Made by a program: the position numbers and the translations under genes. Source: Lepidodermella squamata (lineage: Eukaryota > Animalia > Gastrotricha). From it: DNA of 64,000 bases. Below are positions 11,691 to 24,348 of the stretch, piece after piece. Below the pieces are notes generated by a model. That model did not search any database, was not told the DNA's origin, and saw nothing but the letters and a program-made list of their open reading frames with translations. Within the stretch, counting starts at the first letter, position 1. Each line of letters starts with the position of its first letter. The stretch lies in NCBI GenBank assembly GCA_047495785.1, contig JBLDXI010000061.1, forward strand, positions 62,001 through 126,000, written 5' to 3'.

Positions 11691-12991
11691 ATAGATGTAC
11701 AAATTTGGAAAATTGCTACAGGTAGCCAGATAGCCGGGCCACAGGTTTGTCACTTGGCACTTTCCCCCATTTCATTCCCACAGAAGCCGAGAATTCTTTG
11801 ACTGTTTCGTGTCCGAAATTAGAGCTGTTCACTCTAGTATAGTGCCTGCTTAGTAATTTTAGTCAGCGGGCGGATTTTTTGTAAATTGCTGCAGGCACTA
11901 AACGTATTATTACCCACTTGAAACGCGGCCCTAATCGGTGTCTTGACGAAAAAGAGACGGACAAAAAAGAGACTTGCTTTGTTGTTTTATCGTGTCATTT
12001 GAAACAATTTGTTCATTTCGTCTTTTTTCGCTTACGAATTTTTATTGCTTTACCCGTCTAACGCTAATGGCTGAATTTGCTGATTCTGTACCCGAAATAC
12101 CGGCTAGTTTGGAAAAGTATGTTGCATTTTGGATGCGATTCTTATTAGCTTGCTTGTTTGTGTTAGTTTTTCATTCGAGGAAGTTGTCCAAACTGTTTCC
12201 GTTTTTAAGGTCCTAATTTCACCCAATTGAATCGTTTTACCCTCAAAATTATACGGAGCTAATATTAATAATTTTAGCGGAACCAAATTTGCTGTAGTAG
12301 AACCAAATTTGGAATATACCAAGAGGAAAATTTGGAATATTTTTGCATAATTCGGGGCAGAATTCGAGGCTAAGCATTAATTGTGAATTGAACACTCTGT
12401 ATTATATAGAGAATGTTGCGCTGAATTTACTGGTAAATTGTCTAGATTTATTGTGGCCAATCTTGACCCTCAAGAAATATCCGCAAAACGATTTCAGGCC
12501 ACTAGAAAATTCCTAAATTTGGTTCCGCTAGAAGGAGGGCCCAATTTATATGTTTTAGCCACGGTTTTCCAAATCCTGTCTAACGGTGTGAAAATTGGCA
12601 AATTTTCCCGAAATCTCATGTAAAAAACATCAACTAAAATGTATATTTGTTCGCATTTCTGCCGCGAATTTGGTGAATTTGAAAATTACTTTCCGGTGAA
12701 CCGTGAAAACCGCGAACCTTCAACCCTGGGCTACTAAATTATAATGGGCGACGATTAGCGACTGGGCTACTATTGGGACAAATTCGATAACTAGCCGAAC
12801 TAGCATTGTTTTGACGTTAGCAGAGAAAAAAACTCAACGTAAAAATCAAACCCTCAAGGAATTTTTCTTTCAAATATTGGCGGCCAATGTAAAAATTACG
12901 TTCTGTATTAAACCTAGTTTTGCTGTTGCTAAATTTTTGTCTATTTTTGGTTTGTCTTAATTTTTGTCCGGAACAGATGGCCACTGAGTTG

Positions 12992-14464
12992 GACCCACAT
13001 CTTTTCATCGGAACAATAAAAACTTTCATCGTACTCTTTTTATTAAACCATCGGAAATACAATTTTTCAGAAAATTTCGCATTAAACCATCGGAATCGAA
13101 AACGTGCATTATTCTATCGGAATATACGATTATTTCATCGGAACACGCCATTAATTCATCGGAAAGGGGTTCTATGGGTTTAGTGGTCATATTTCAAGAT
13201 TGCTTTATTGACAATAAATGGCATTTTTGCGAAATTACGCCTCATATGATGAGGCAGAAGGTAGGAGCCGGTCAATTCTTTTTCGAACCCGCTGATGGGA
13301 TAGGAAGACCTCGAAATCGTTGATAAGTCGCCTTATAAGTGATCAATTATGAATTTGACGAGCAGCCAGCGAAAAAGGAGAAAAGCCTTTTTGGACCGTG
13401 GTGATTTCTTGCAATTTTCTTTTCAAATTGCTTTCAAGTCGATGCGATCCACAATAAGGCCATCCAAGGGGGTTACATCAAAGCGGCTATTATCCCGTGT
13501 TTCGTGCTTGAGATTTAAGGCTATATGTGTTACTTTCATATGAGTTAACTGCCGAAAACGGTTCGGAAGTAAGTGCTTTATTTGTTTTTCCGATGGTTTC
13601 AGTCAGTAATTTGCTGGTACAGCGGGTGGAATTATGCTTTGGTACGCGGTCCACGAAGCCGTCGTCCAACAGGCGAAAGATTACAACGAGGCGATTTCCG
13701 ACGGTTTCAGACGATAATTAATTCATTTCTCTTTGCAATACCTAGTGTTATGGCTATCGACGAAGGATGAGCTAAGGGCTATTCCCAATGCTACTAACGC
13801 CTTACGTTTACGAAGACTTCATTAAGTAATTCGAGCCAATTTATATCTATGGTCCGCTGTCGGGTTGGTATGAAGGCGCCTCTGATTTTATAATAATGAC
13901 GCACTATAACTAATAGTGCAAATGAATCGCTGAGTAATCGGCTAAAGGCTGAAGGAACTGATAGGACTGTCCCGCCCTCACTGCATTTCTCTCGAAAACC
14001 GACGATCTCATCAATCACTGGGTTTCTGAAAGCGTTGGTTGCTGAGCCTATGCGTGGTCGCGGGTGTGGTCGTAGTACGGCTTTTGTTCCAGCCCAAGCT
14101 GAACCTGTGGTTTCTGAACCAAGTGGTGGTCGTAGTCGGTTAACATCGACATCTGTTGACAAAACTGTCTGTAGCCGAGGTCGAGGTCGTGGCAAACTAA
14201 CCAGCTCTGTTTCTGTCGAAGTAGGAAAAAAGGGAGGGCTAACAACTCGAAATAAGCGCCGGGGTTTGAATTTTGAAACAGCTTTATAATTATTCGTCAG
14301 AAATCAGTATCTTAAAGTGTCGGAATATACTGTTATTGAAATGAAACTTTTCCGATGAAATAATGCATTTTTAATAGCTAAATATTAATTCCGATGGTTC
14401 CGATGGTTTCAGATAAAAATGGTACGATGAAAGTAATTATTGTTCCGATGATTTGAAGTTACTT
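12992..14464. mobile_element. Non-autonomous Mutator/Phantom-like element with sub-terminal inverted repeats
   Basis: Direct repeat cactgagttg at 12982-12991 and 14465-14474. The inverted motif catcggaacaataa starts 14 nt inside both ends. Catcggaa is reiterated on the left and ttccgatg on the right. Confidence 0.7.
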
Positions 14465-16139
14465 CACTGAGTTGACCGTTGCTCGAGTTAAGACAAAAAT
14501 CAGACGGGCGGTTATTTAAAAAATCCGCCCGTCGCCCGTCTGACTTAATCCGCGAACAATGGCCGACTAATTTTTGAACGCGGGCAGATATTAGCCGCTT
14601 TTACACGAGGGCGTAAGTATGAAGTTTAATTAATATGTGCGTCATTAATTAAGACAAAGAAGTGATTTCACAATACTCAAACTCGGAGTTTTCTCATTTT
14701 TTAACTCTTAACGTTTTACGGGTTTTGAAGGTATGAAATATTTTTTAGAATTATTTAGAATGATGCAAAAATTCGGGAAAATTAGTCACTATGCCTCTTG
14801 ATGGCTTCTCCATCTCTCGGGAAAATAAATTGCCAATAATTGCAGTGATTTTGGTAGAAAAGTGAAAAATACCTACCTTTGATACAAAAAAATGAGATTG
14901 ATACAAATTTCTATTTTTTGAGCCATGAGCCATGTGATCAAATGTTCCATAAATAGCGCATACACCTTGAAAATGAGATGAATGACAAAGAAATTTATTC
15001 AAACTAGTCAGTGAGGTTAGCACCAGAAGATTGCTGTGGCATTCGAAATTAAAAATTAAAAAAAAATTAGCAGCTTAATAAGACGCTTGTTCGGCCGGAA
15101 ATAATCGATTTTTTCCGCGGGTTATCCACCTTAATTTCTTCAGCTTGGAACCACAGACCCAAAAATAATAAATTCAACTGATCATTCTCATTAACAAAAT
15201 TCAAAGCCGAAATAGTAATCAAATCAGACAAATAATTCAATAATAATAATTTTCTTCGAGCAGGAAAGGGATCTTTTTATTTGGCTTAGCTGCGAATTCA
15301 TGCTAGAAATTTATTTCAAATGCTGCGTCTAATCTCATGAAGCGATAAGGGGAGCCATGATCACTATAGCTGATAATATATTTGATTGATATATTAGGAA
15401 TTGTTTTATAATTTTTGGGTCCAAATTTAGCGCTGCGGCCAACTTAATTATTTTAGTGACAAAAATGACAGAAATTTCTCACCGCCATTATCTTAATTTT
15501 CATGACTGTCAATACTTACGCAATATACCTTTAACACCTCAATAATTACCTCAAAAATTACCAAATTACCAATTACCAAAAATTACCAAAAAAATTAAAA
15601 TTTAATGTGGCATTTTCATCTCTTGCGGCGATTGCGCAACACGTAATACTACTGTGTAGACTTAATTACTATGAACAGTCAGAAATACATATGTGTTTGT
15701 AGTGTAAAAGCGGCTATTACTACAAGTGGGTAATAATACGCATTAGCAGGTCAAAATTTTCCATGTCGCAAATGCTAAAACATAGTACGAATTGCATGTA
15801 CACGGGAGCTTTTTCATAGGAGGATTGAAACCGGTGAAAGACGACTGATGACGCCATGTCGCGAGAGTCAGCATGTCATCCGATGTTGTGCGGCATCGAG
15901 TGGCGACACTGCACAGAGCACATTTTTAACTGGCACACCCTAATCCTTCTGTGAATGGGATTCATTTCTTAACGCTCCCTATTGATGCTTTTTGACGACC
16001 GACGGCCCGACAGAACACGACAGACACAACCCGCGACAACGGAGCTCCCCGTCACCAACGATTAAATAGTATAAAATACATGTAATCGTTCTTATTTCAC
16101 GCCTTCCTAACAGCAAACGAATTTTTATTATTCATAATT

Positions 16140-16730
16140 GCACCAGGGTTTGCAAAAGATGATATTTTCGTATAAGTATACACTTCTCGTAACAACAAAA
16201 ACAAAGCAAATTCATGATATTCCTTATGCCCTTAATGGCCGCTTGTCAACATGACTTCTCGGGTGGCCTCGGTGGCAACGTGCGCAAATGCTCTAATGGC
16301 TACACAAAACGTTCTCAGATAGCATTCTAACAATAGCCTATATTTGACGGCCGTTACCATATGCCATATGTAACAATTTTTCTTAGCGCAGCCGCTTGCA
16401 TACAGAGCTGTGTACAAACTCAAATCCAATATTACCTTCAATAAATTTACTCGGATGGAGGATCGAACAAGAGCAGCAGCGGTGATCAATGAACCGGGAT
16501 TGATTGTGGCATACGTAAGTCTAGAACTAGCCATTTCAATCATCTGAAGTGCGAGTATCACTTTCGGTTTATTTCAAGTTAATGTACTCTTAAGGCCACA
16601 AAAATAGGACCTTAAGGGACGGTACAGATTCCGGTGTGGTTTTAACTGTTGACTATTCGGAATATTAACTTAGCTTTAAGTTATAACCAGATTTTAAATT
16701 TCATCGCGAAAAATGAACAAATTAGTTTGA
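16140..16730 (+). pseudogene. Decayed remnant of EGF-repeat gene exons
   Basis: 16240-16340 aligns with the EGF exon at 39984-40070, and 16455-16525 with the exon at 40455-40535. Paralogous to 32570-33180. Confidence 0.65.
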
Positions 16731-17099
16731 ATTGTTAAAGTTCGTTTCAATTTATTCTCGTTTGAATTCACAGTTGATTAATTAGGTCCGAATTTTTTCT
16801 CAGGTTGCGCTGCATTTTTAGTTTAAGAAAGTAGGAGGACGATTGGGAACATCAGTAGTAGAGCTAATCATGAGTTGCTCGGATAATTTCAAGACGGCTA
16901 CAAATGTGGGTATGATGGAATTTGAAATTGTGGGTAAAAATGGAATTTGAGGGCCGATTGAAAATTCCTGAGGGGTTTTGACTCAGTTCATTCGGAATTC
17001 TGAGTTCACGGTATAGCCAGGATATCAACAACAATGATCATTTTATTTTATAAAAACGATGGTCTGCAGGTAGCGCATAGGCCCCTGTTGCCCGAAGAC

Positions 17100-18320
17100 A
17101 CAGAAAGAGGATCTAGATTTTGTTTATAACAATAGCAGAATTAGGAAAAAAACAACGAGTAGGTAAATCTAGCTGTATAGGTGTCGCTGGACAATCACTT
17201 TGTTGTCCCTAATTATACAATTATCTTGTCCCTAAGAATAATGACAATCAATTAAAAAGCAGCGTGTGAAGTAGAGGGGGAGGTGGGGATCATCCAGCAT
17301 CCAGGTCTCTGACCTAGCAAGATTCTTCTTATATTCCCTGCCCGATTTCTTTCAATTGTTCACAATTATTTTGACTTGGAATTTGTTGAAAATTGCAACA
17401 TCCTGAGGAGGGGCGGCGGGAGCTACTGCCCGATTTTGTGACGGCATGATTTCTCTAGTTCGGCCATCTGACGACGGATGGATATAACTCAACTCAGTAA
17501 ATTTCTACAAATTTATTATATTAGGATGGCAGCCTGGAAGGCAGCTCGTAATTGAAGAGTAGCTTGGGTCGACGAGTGAATTAGCCGCGCATTATCGGCT
17601 GAAATAGATCAAAGACCTTGCGGCTGAAGAGATTTGCTAGGCTGTGACGTGGTTTTGGACTTGCTTCTAGTGCATTGCCGTTGACTGTTGACGAATTTGT
17701 ATACCACGCGGCCTGGTAAAAATCGCGTTTCCTCGCGCAACTCGAAATAGGTAGCCAGCTCAGTTTCTTCATCAATCAGGGTTTGGGGTTGTAATAAGTG
17801 ATCCTTCTTTGAGCTCCGACAAAACCTGAGACCTTGGGCTCGCGCCTTTGACGGGTGTAAATTTTGGATGGATAAATCATCATTTTGAAGCCATGAGCAA
17901 TAGATGATCTCTATGTTTGAAGCTAATTTTTGCTACTACAGTGTTAATCGCAGAATTCATTTATTTTTCCAAATTTCAGCAAAATGACACAGTGTACCCC
18001 AGTACATGTAAACCAAATGTTGCCCAATTCAGAAAGATGGAATATGCTAATAAGTTGGCTGCTAGCTATGGCGCGTTGCAAGTCTTAAGACCTGATCATC
18101 CAAGAGGCAATAGGCAATACTGTCATTTCGGGTAGAATCCAAGTCGCAGATACTGAGGTCACTAGTGTAGTTGATATGAGCATGGGCGACAGCGGAGAAC
18201 CCCGTGGCACGCCGCACTGCAGCTGGAACTGTCTGCTCAAAAAAAAACCTACCAGGCGAGCTTGTAACTTCCGATCTCGGAGATGGTCGGCGAGCCATCC
18301 GATCGGGTTGAGCAAATTAC
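17100..18320 (-). mobile_element. Old 5'-truncated LINE fragment related to the 4467-9095 family
   Basis: Minus-strand peptide WLADHLRDRKLQARLVGFFLSRQFQLQCGVPRGSPLSPML matches LTDFPRDRKLQARVAGFLSKQRTVNCGVSKGSLLSPLL of the larger LINE. Confidence 0.7.
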
Positions 18321-18453
18321 TTTGAATTTTTAAAGTTCATTTCAATTTATTCTGGTTTAAATGCACAGTGGATTGATTAGGTCCGAATTTTTTCTCGGGT
18401 TGCGTTGGATTTTTAGTTTAAGAAAGTAGTAGGACGATTTGAGACCATTGATA

Positions 18454-18671
18454 CAAGGTTTTGAGACCAGGACACCGTTATCTTGCATGGTCAGGACATA
18501 CTAGCAATTCGAAAATAGTCAACCCGAGAATGAAATTTCGATTTTTTTCAACTTGAAATTTCATAGGGTTCCCGATCGTTAATTGATCCCACAAAAAATA
18601 TCACCGTGTCCACCGTAGTCTCATTGACCTCTGTGTCATCAAGATAACGGTGTCCTGATCTCAAAACCTTG
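18454..18671. mobile_element. Tc1/mariner-type MITE
   Basis: About 32-bp TIR caaggttttgagaccaggacaccgttatcttg / caagataacggtgtcctgatctcaaaaccttg, flanked by TA. Confidence 0.85.
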
Positions 18672-19357
18672 TAGCCAACATCGACAAGCAATATTTCTTA
18701 AAAGGGCGATCAAAAATTCATCAAATTCAATTTCCGCTAATTTTCAAAGTCGAAATTCCGAAATCGTCCTTCCCGCCTGGAAAGGGATAAGGATAATGGT
18801 CCCCCTTTGGTCTGTGAATGAGCCCACCGTGCGGACCGATGGAACTGGTAGGGATGATCCCTACCATCCATAGCGGTACTTCGCTCGCGGTATAGCGGTA
18901 TAGCGGCTCGTTTTCAAGGTTAAATCAACACAAATTATTTTAACTCAAATTTCGAGGATTCGAAAACCATTTTTGAAACTAACGAAACATCGAAACTAAC
19001 GAAACACGGCCCAATTTCCGCTTCAAGAGACTTTCCGCATTAGATGAGCTCAATTTTAGTAATCAAATTTGAATTATTAAAGGATTTTCGGAGGTTTGAA
19101 GAAGACGACCTCATACAAAATGACGCTGTTGCGTGAATCTTTTGTTAAAACAGTAAACGTGATCTCGCTCCGCTCGTTACGTTGTTTTTTATGACTTAAT
19201 TATGTTATCACGTAAGCTTCGCATAGGGTAAAATGCGCGTTTGGATAATGCTAGTGATGATACTCACACCGCAATTTTCGTGAAAGTAGTCAATTATCCG
19301 CACTGCCCATATATGTTACGGCGAACAAGCGACAGAGGGAGGGCATCCACGCAACCT

Positions 19358-19402
19358 GAAGCTAACCACTTGGTGATTATAGTGTGGTTTCATTATCACT
19401 GA
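19358..19402 (+). promoter_or_regulatory. Conserved upstream block of EGF-lectin genes (putative core promoter)
   Basis: gaagctaac(c/t)acttggtg..., about 80 nt before the ATG, recurs at 34683-34727 and 37937-37981 while the flanks diverge. Confidence 0.5.
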
Positions 19403-19440
19403 AGCTTTGTTGTTTTTCTCGAGAAAATCCTCTGCATAAA

Positions 19441-22197
19441 ATGGCCTTGTTACTGATTGTCCTAGGTAAATTTTGAATATTTCCGCTATTTACTTCCCAT
19501 CGCTCGATTATCGTCTTTAAATTACTTACACGGTTTTTGAAGCCTGCCTAAAATTGATACCTCTTTTTAAACGGAAATTGTCGCCTTAAATTGACTAAAA
19601 CAAGCTCCGAGTTACAGTGCTTCTTGGATGTTTGCAGATGCCAGGCCATCGCATTTATTCCGGGTTATTTATTAACGCTAACTCTATCTTTCATCAACAA
19701 AGGGCTGGCAAGCATCGGATATTCCTCTGGCTGCTCTCCGACCCTGCAAAAGACCGCCCTTGTAAGTTTCTTCCAACTAGCTCATCTCTAATCAGTGTAA
19801 CAATGGTATTCCAGGCATGTAAGAATAGTGGTACGTACGATTCTTCTTCTGATACATGTCGATGCTCGTATCGTAACGGCACGCAGTGCGAAAATTGTAA
19901 GTTGAACTTGCGAGCTAATAATCGATATCAAATGTAACCTAATCTTTACAGATTGGTGTGCGGGCTGCAAAAACGGAGGGACCTGTAGTGGTCCTAACAC
20001 TTGCACTTGCGCGAGTGGCTGGCGTGGATCGACCTGCGACGAATGTGAGTTTATGGCCTCCGAGCAGGAAATCAATTGCTCATATTTTCTGGCTAGATAA
20101 CTGCCTCCAGTCCTGGTGCTGGAACGGTGGAGTGTGCACTGGTCCCAACACTTGCCAATGCCTGCCAGCGTGGACAGGGCCGAGTTGCAACATATGTAAG
20201 CTCATCAATGTCGTCAAATGTCATGACTCTGTTCCCTGCATTTTAATTCCAGCTTCGTGTACGCCACCATGCGCAAACAACGGCGTTTGCCTCTCCGGCA
20301 ATCAATGTAACTGCAGGGACGGCTTTACCGGCTCGAGATGCACTGAATGTAAGACTGGCAAGAAATTAATCCCAACTGACTCATCTGTTTTAATTTCCAG
20401 TTGCCTGCCCTAAACCCTGCCAGAATGGCGGTACCTGCTCAGCCCCGAACACTTGCACTTGCGCATTTGGATATTTAGATGCTGACTGCTCCAGGGGTAA
20501 GGAGTTTCGCCCTGGAATACAACCATGATAAGCGATTTCATTATTCAGCCAAGTACTATCTAGCCGGGAGCACAGCTGATTTCCGCACAGCTACAACTAT
20601 ATGTGAGAAAGCAAACAGCCGGGCTGTTGTGATTTCTACGCAAGCTGAGCTGGACAAGGCAAAAGCCAGCTTAGGGGCAAGGGCCGCAGTTTGGATTGCG
20701 CTATCGGCCGGTTTTCGCTGGGCCTATGACAACTCGGCAGTTGGACTAACAAATATTTGGGGACCTGGCGAGCCGAGTGGTGATGGCAGCTGTAAGAGCA
20801 ATAGCGCAAAGTAGTGCGCAACCTCGGTCCTCAAAGCCCAGTAACATTTAGATTTAGGCTAAATGCTACTGAGCTTTAGAGATTAAGGGCGACCGGTCGA
20901 GGCGTTCGCCTGAAAACTTTTGATGTTTGTACGTGAGGTAACGGGTAATGTATTCTCTATCTCAAAAGGTGGTAAGTAAAATCCTAAAAACCAAAGGGGG
21001 CCATTTTGTCAGATTAAGTCGGGGCTGAAAATTCCCAAACGTACCCCCACCTCGAGAATACTGCTTCAAACACCGGTACAACTGGTTGAACACTATACTG
21101 GTTGGTATTGTGTTCGATTAGGGACATTCCCGCCCATAGCCCAGTGACTTTGATTTGATTTGATTTCCAGTAAGCCCATTCCCATTTCCCATTCCAGTAA
21201 GCTCACAAAATCTGAGCTAAAATTTTTTCCTATTGGGTTCAAACTTTGTGGATTTATAAATTAAAGTATGCTTAACAAGTTGGAACCTTTAAAATTATCA
21301 GACAGTGAAATGAGAATCAAAATTAAATGGCTCAACGTGATGAGGTATAATAGCCTTTGCCAAACTTCTAATCTATCGCAGGCAAAATTAGGTAATGTAC
21401 AAAAAATTACAGGAAGATTCGCGTTCGCCAGCATTCGGCTCATGAGATTTTATGAGCTTACTGGAATGGGACTGATTATGGTCAAAATATGAGGCCGGAG
21501 AACCTCGTGGTTATGGAGTGACAAGAGTTTGAAAAAATTGGACATCTTGTGCAGATTTAGGTTACCTTACCCTACGGGAGTGGAAAACTTGGGATCGAGC
21601 AATTACGATTTTTACTGCGCTAGTCTCGCTGACTAATTGCGTTTACGTTTCAGGTGTCGTTCTGTATGGCCCGGTCAATGGGCTTAACGATGGATCTTGT
21701 TCCTCTGTCCTTACAGTGCTTTGCCAAAGTTTAACCGATGTAAGCTCGTTTAATACCGTTTTAGTACTGTGACTTAATTCATTCCAACCAACTGTGAAAT
21801 AGGATACTGATGTTCAAATCGTCAAGCCCGATGCTAATTGGGCGACTGCTAAAAGCAATTGCGAAGCAAAAGGACTCAGACTAGCCGTCCTGAAGACGCG
21901 AACAATCGTTCAGTCTATGCTTGACCAAAGTAAAACTGGATGGGTCGCCGCGAAACGTCCCGATGGGAACAATTTCTACTGGTCAACGGGCGCAGTTGTC
22001 ACTTCGAGCAATACCATTCCACCATGGGCAACAGGCCAGCCAGAAATGAGCGATAGCAAGCAATGTAACCCCCTTAAAAATAACATTATTTTAATTCGAT
22101 TTCCTGTAATTCAGGCGTTACGATGGATACGTCGGGTCAAATGACAGTTACAAAGTGCAGCGATAGCTACGATGCGCTATGCGAGTATACATCCTAA
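19441..22197 (+). CDS. Secreted protein: 5 EGF-like modules + 2 C-type-lectin-like domains (paralogue 1)
   Basis: Signal peptide MALLLIVLGLASIGYS from two small exons. One EGF per exon (CKNGGTCSGPNTCTCASGWRGSTC). CTLD1 has WIAL...WGPGEPSGDGSC...LNDGSC...LCQ; CTLD2 has WATAKSNC...WATGQPE...C...ALCE. Stop at 22195-22197; no TM segment. Confidence 0.85.
21187..21470. mobile_element. MITE in EGF-lectin intron
   Basis: Inverted ends cccattccagtaagctcacaaaatct / agattttatgagcttactggaatggg. Confidence 0.6.
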
Positions 22198-24348
22198 AGC
22201 GGAAATCAACAAGATGCATTTTAGATGTGATAACTTTCACAATTATTATTGTGGCGGTTGCGAGATGAGCATTATAGATGCTTTCGGAATCCTGTATTCC
22301 CCATTATTCCCCAGCAACCGATAAATCGCTTTTAAGATACATTTCGTTAATAAATGAAGTTAATTTCGAAGGCGGCATTGTATTTTTATTGTTATTATTT
22401 TCTTTGTATATATGTACGTAAATTTTCAATTGGAAATAATTTAAGTTCAGACTTCTGCAACTGGCTGTGTTTGATCAAATCCGAACGATTATAATTTTTT
22501 AAAATTTCTAAAATTGCCTGATAAATTTCGAATCTTTCAATTCCACGCCTCATTACAACAGCACAAGAATTTTCATTTTTCGTAACAACACCATGGTTTA
22601 CATAAGGTGATACTTTCGCTCGTAATAACGTGTGATCATCATTGTTTTACCTCTTCATTCATGTCAAAAAACGCCGCTTTTTACTTTTAACCCGCCACCT
22701 TGAAGCGGATGTAAACAAGCCTAAATCCGAGTTATTCAAGGACGCTAACAATGTCTCAGCAAAGTCAACTCGGACTTTGAATTCGCGTTTCTCGGCGCGT
22801 TGCTTTATTCAGAGATGTTGAGAGCAAAAAGTAATTTTTCGAGCCCTAAAATATCGGATAATCGAAATAAAATTTGATTAAAATTTCCTGACCCCCGACC
22901 AGCCGTCCATTGCAGCGAGCATTGAGAGTTAGGGAAATCGGATCCTTTACCTTCTACTTCTATGTCATCACAACGAGGTCGAAAACGGGGCGCAAGCACT
23001 GGGAGAGCGGCACCGAGCCCATCGAATCTGTAAACCTTTTCAGCTGCAAAGGCCAATATGTGCAGGAAGAAAGTTGGTATTCCAGATTCCAGTTGTTGGT
23101 ATTCGAACCATCCGGCTTCGAATGCGGCATCTGAGATGTTTTCAGCTAAATATCTTCATATTGCTCTTGTTAATAATTTCTTTCCTGTACCCATTGTGTT
23201 TCAAGTGGTAACTTAATCTTTTACCCGCGTGCTGATTGGTCAATTTGTCGTTGCTATGACTCCGGGATGGAACAATTTAGTCGTGTGATCCACTAATAAA
23301 TTAGTTTATATTCATGCAAAAATTACCTTGGAAATAAACATTTTAGCTTACAATTCTACGGTCCGGAGAAAATGAAAAATTCCAAAGGCAGCGCAATTTA
23401 TTTCCAAATTTAATAATATTATTGTGCAATTCATGACTGATCCCGTAGGGGCGGCAACCTTAATAGAACTTACCGCAGCCTATGAATTTAGGTATTTTCT
23501 TTAGTCGACCTTCTCGGAACAGTTCGGGGAACAGCAGCTATTAGACTGAATATCGATCGATACACAAGCCAAATCTGTTATGCGAAGCACTCTCGGATTT
23601 TTTATTATCATTCTTTGAGGCTTATATAGCAAAGAGGACGCCAAATGAGAGAAGTTATAATGATGTGTGTCACGTGATATTGCTGTCACGAGCGCTAGCT
23701 AACATTGAGAATGAACTAATGGTAATAATTGGGACAGGGAACATAGTGATAATCTCAATGGCCATGGTTATAAGCCGTAAAGGTTCGGCAGAAAAGATTA
23801 AGGCGGAGAAATTCGGTACAAGACGAACACCGATAATCAATCATAAGATTATCTTGACTTTCCTCTATAAATTCCTATTGCTTGAAACCACAAACATTAT
23901 GCTACTGCTATAGCTACGAAATTAAAAAGCTACAAAATATTAAAATAAAATTTTTAAACGGATGTGAACATATCAAATTCGAATTTTAAGCTGATTGGGT
24001 AATTTTGGCCCGCATGGAACTACGATGGGCTCGGCATTGTCGTTGCTTGGTTCATCCCTTGGGTTCATCCCAGGTCTACGCAATGGTGAATGAGGAGCAG
24101 TTAACAGGCACCGAATTGCAGCCTATGCTGACTACAATTCACCTGCCTGAAAAAAACATCAACAGCACATGTAGCAAACACGTATTAGCCATCGCCTTTA
24201 TACTCATATACAAGCGTAGGAGCATAAACGCGTATATGCCAATATGCCAGAATCTGCTTTCTACATATAAAAGTGAACAAAAACACATAGTAGACGTATA
24301 GCTCAAGGCATTGGCATCTACTGCTATTATGGTGCTATGAAAGCCAGA

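Noticed and set aside
15543-15595. aattacc reiterations as telomere-like repeats
   Set aside because: Short, irregular low-complexity tract.
22910-23134. Possible hAT transposase N-terminal zinc-finger remnant (SWYSRFQLLVF...C)
   Set aside because: Too short and degenerate to support.
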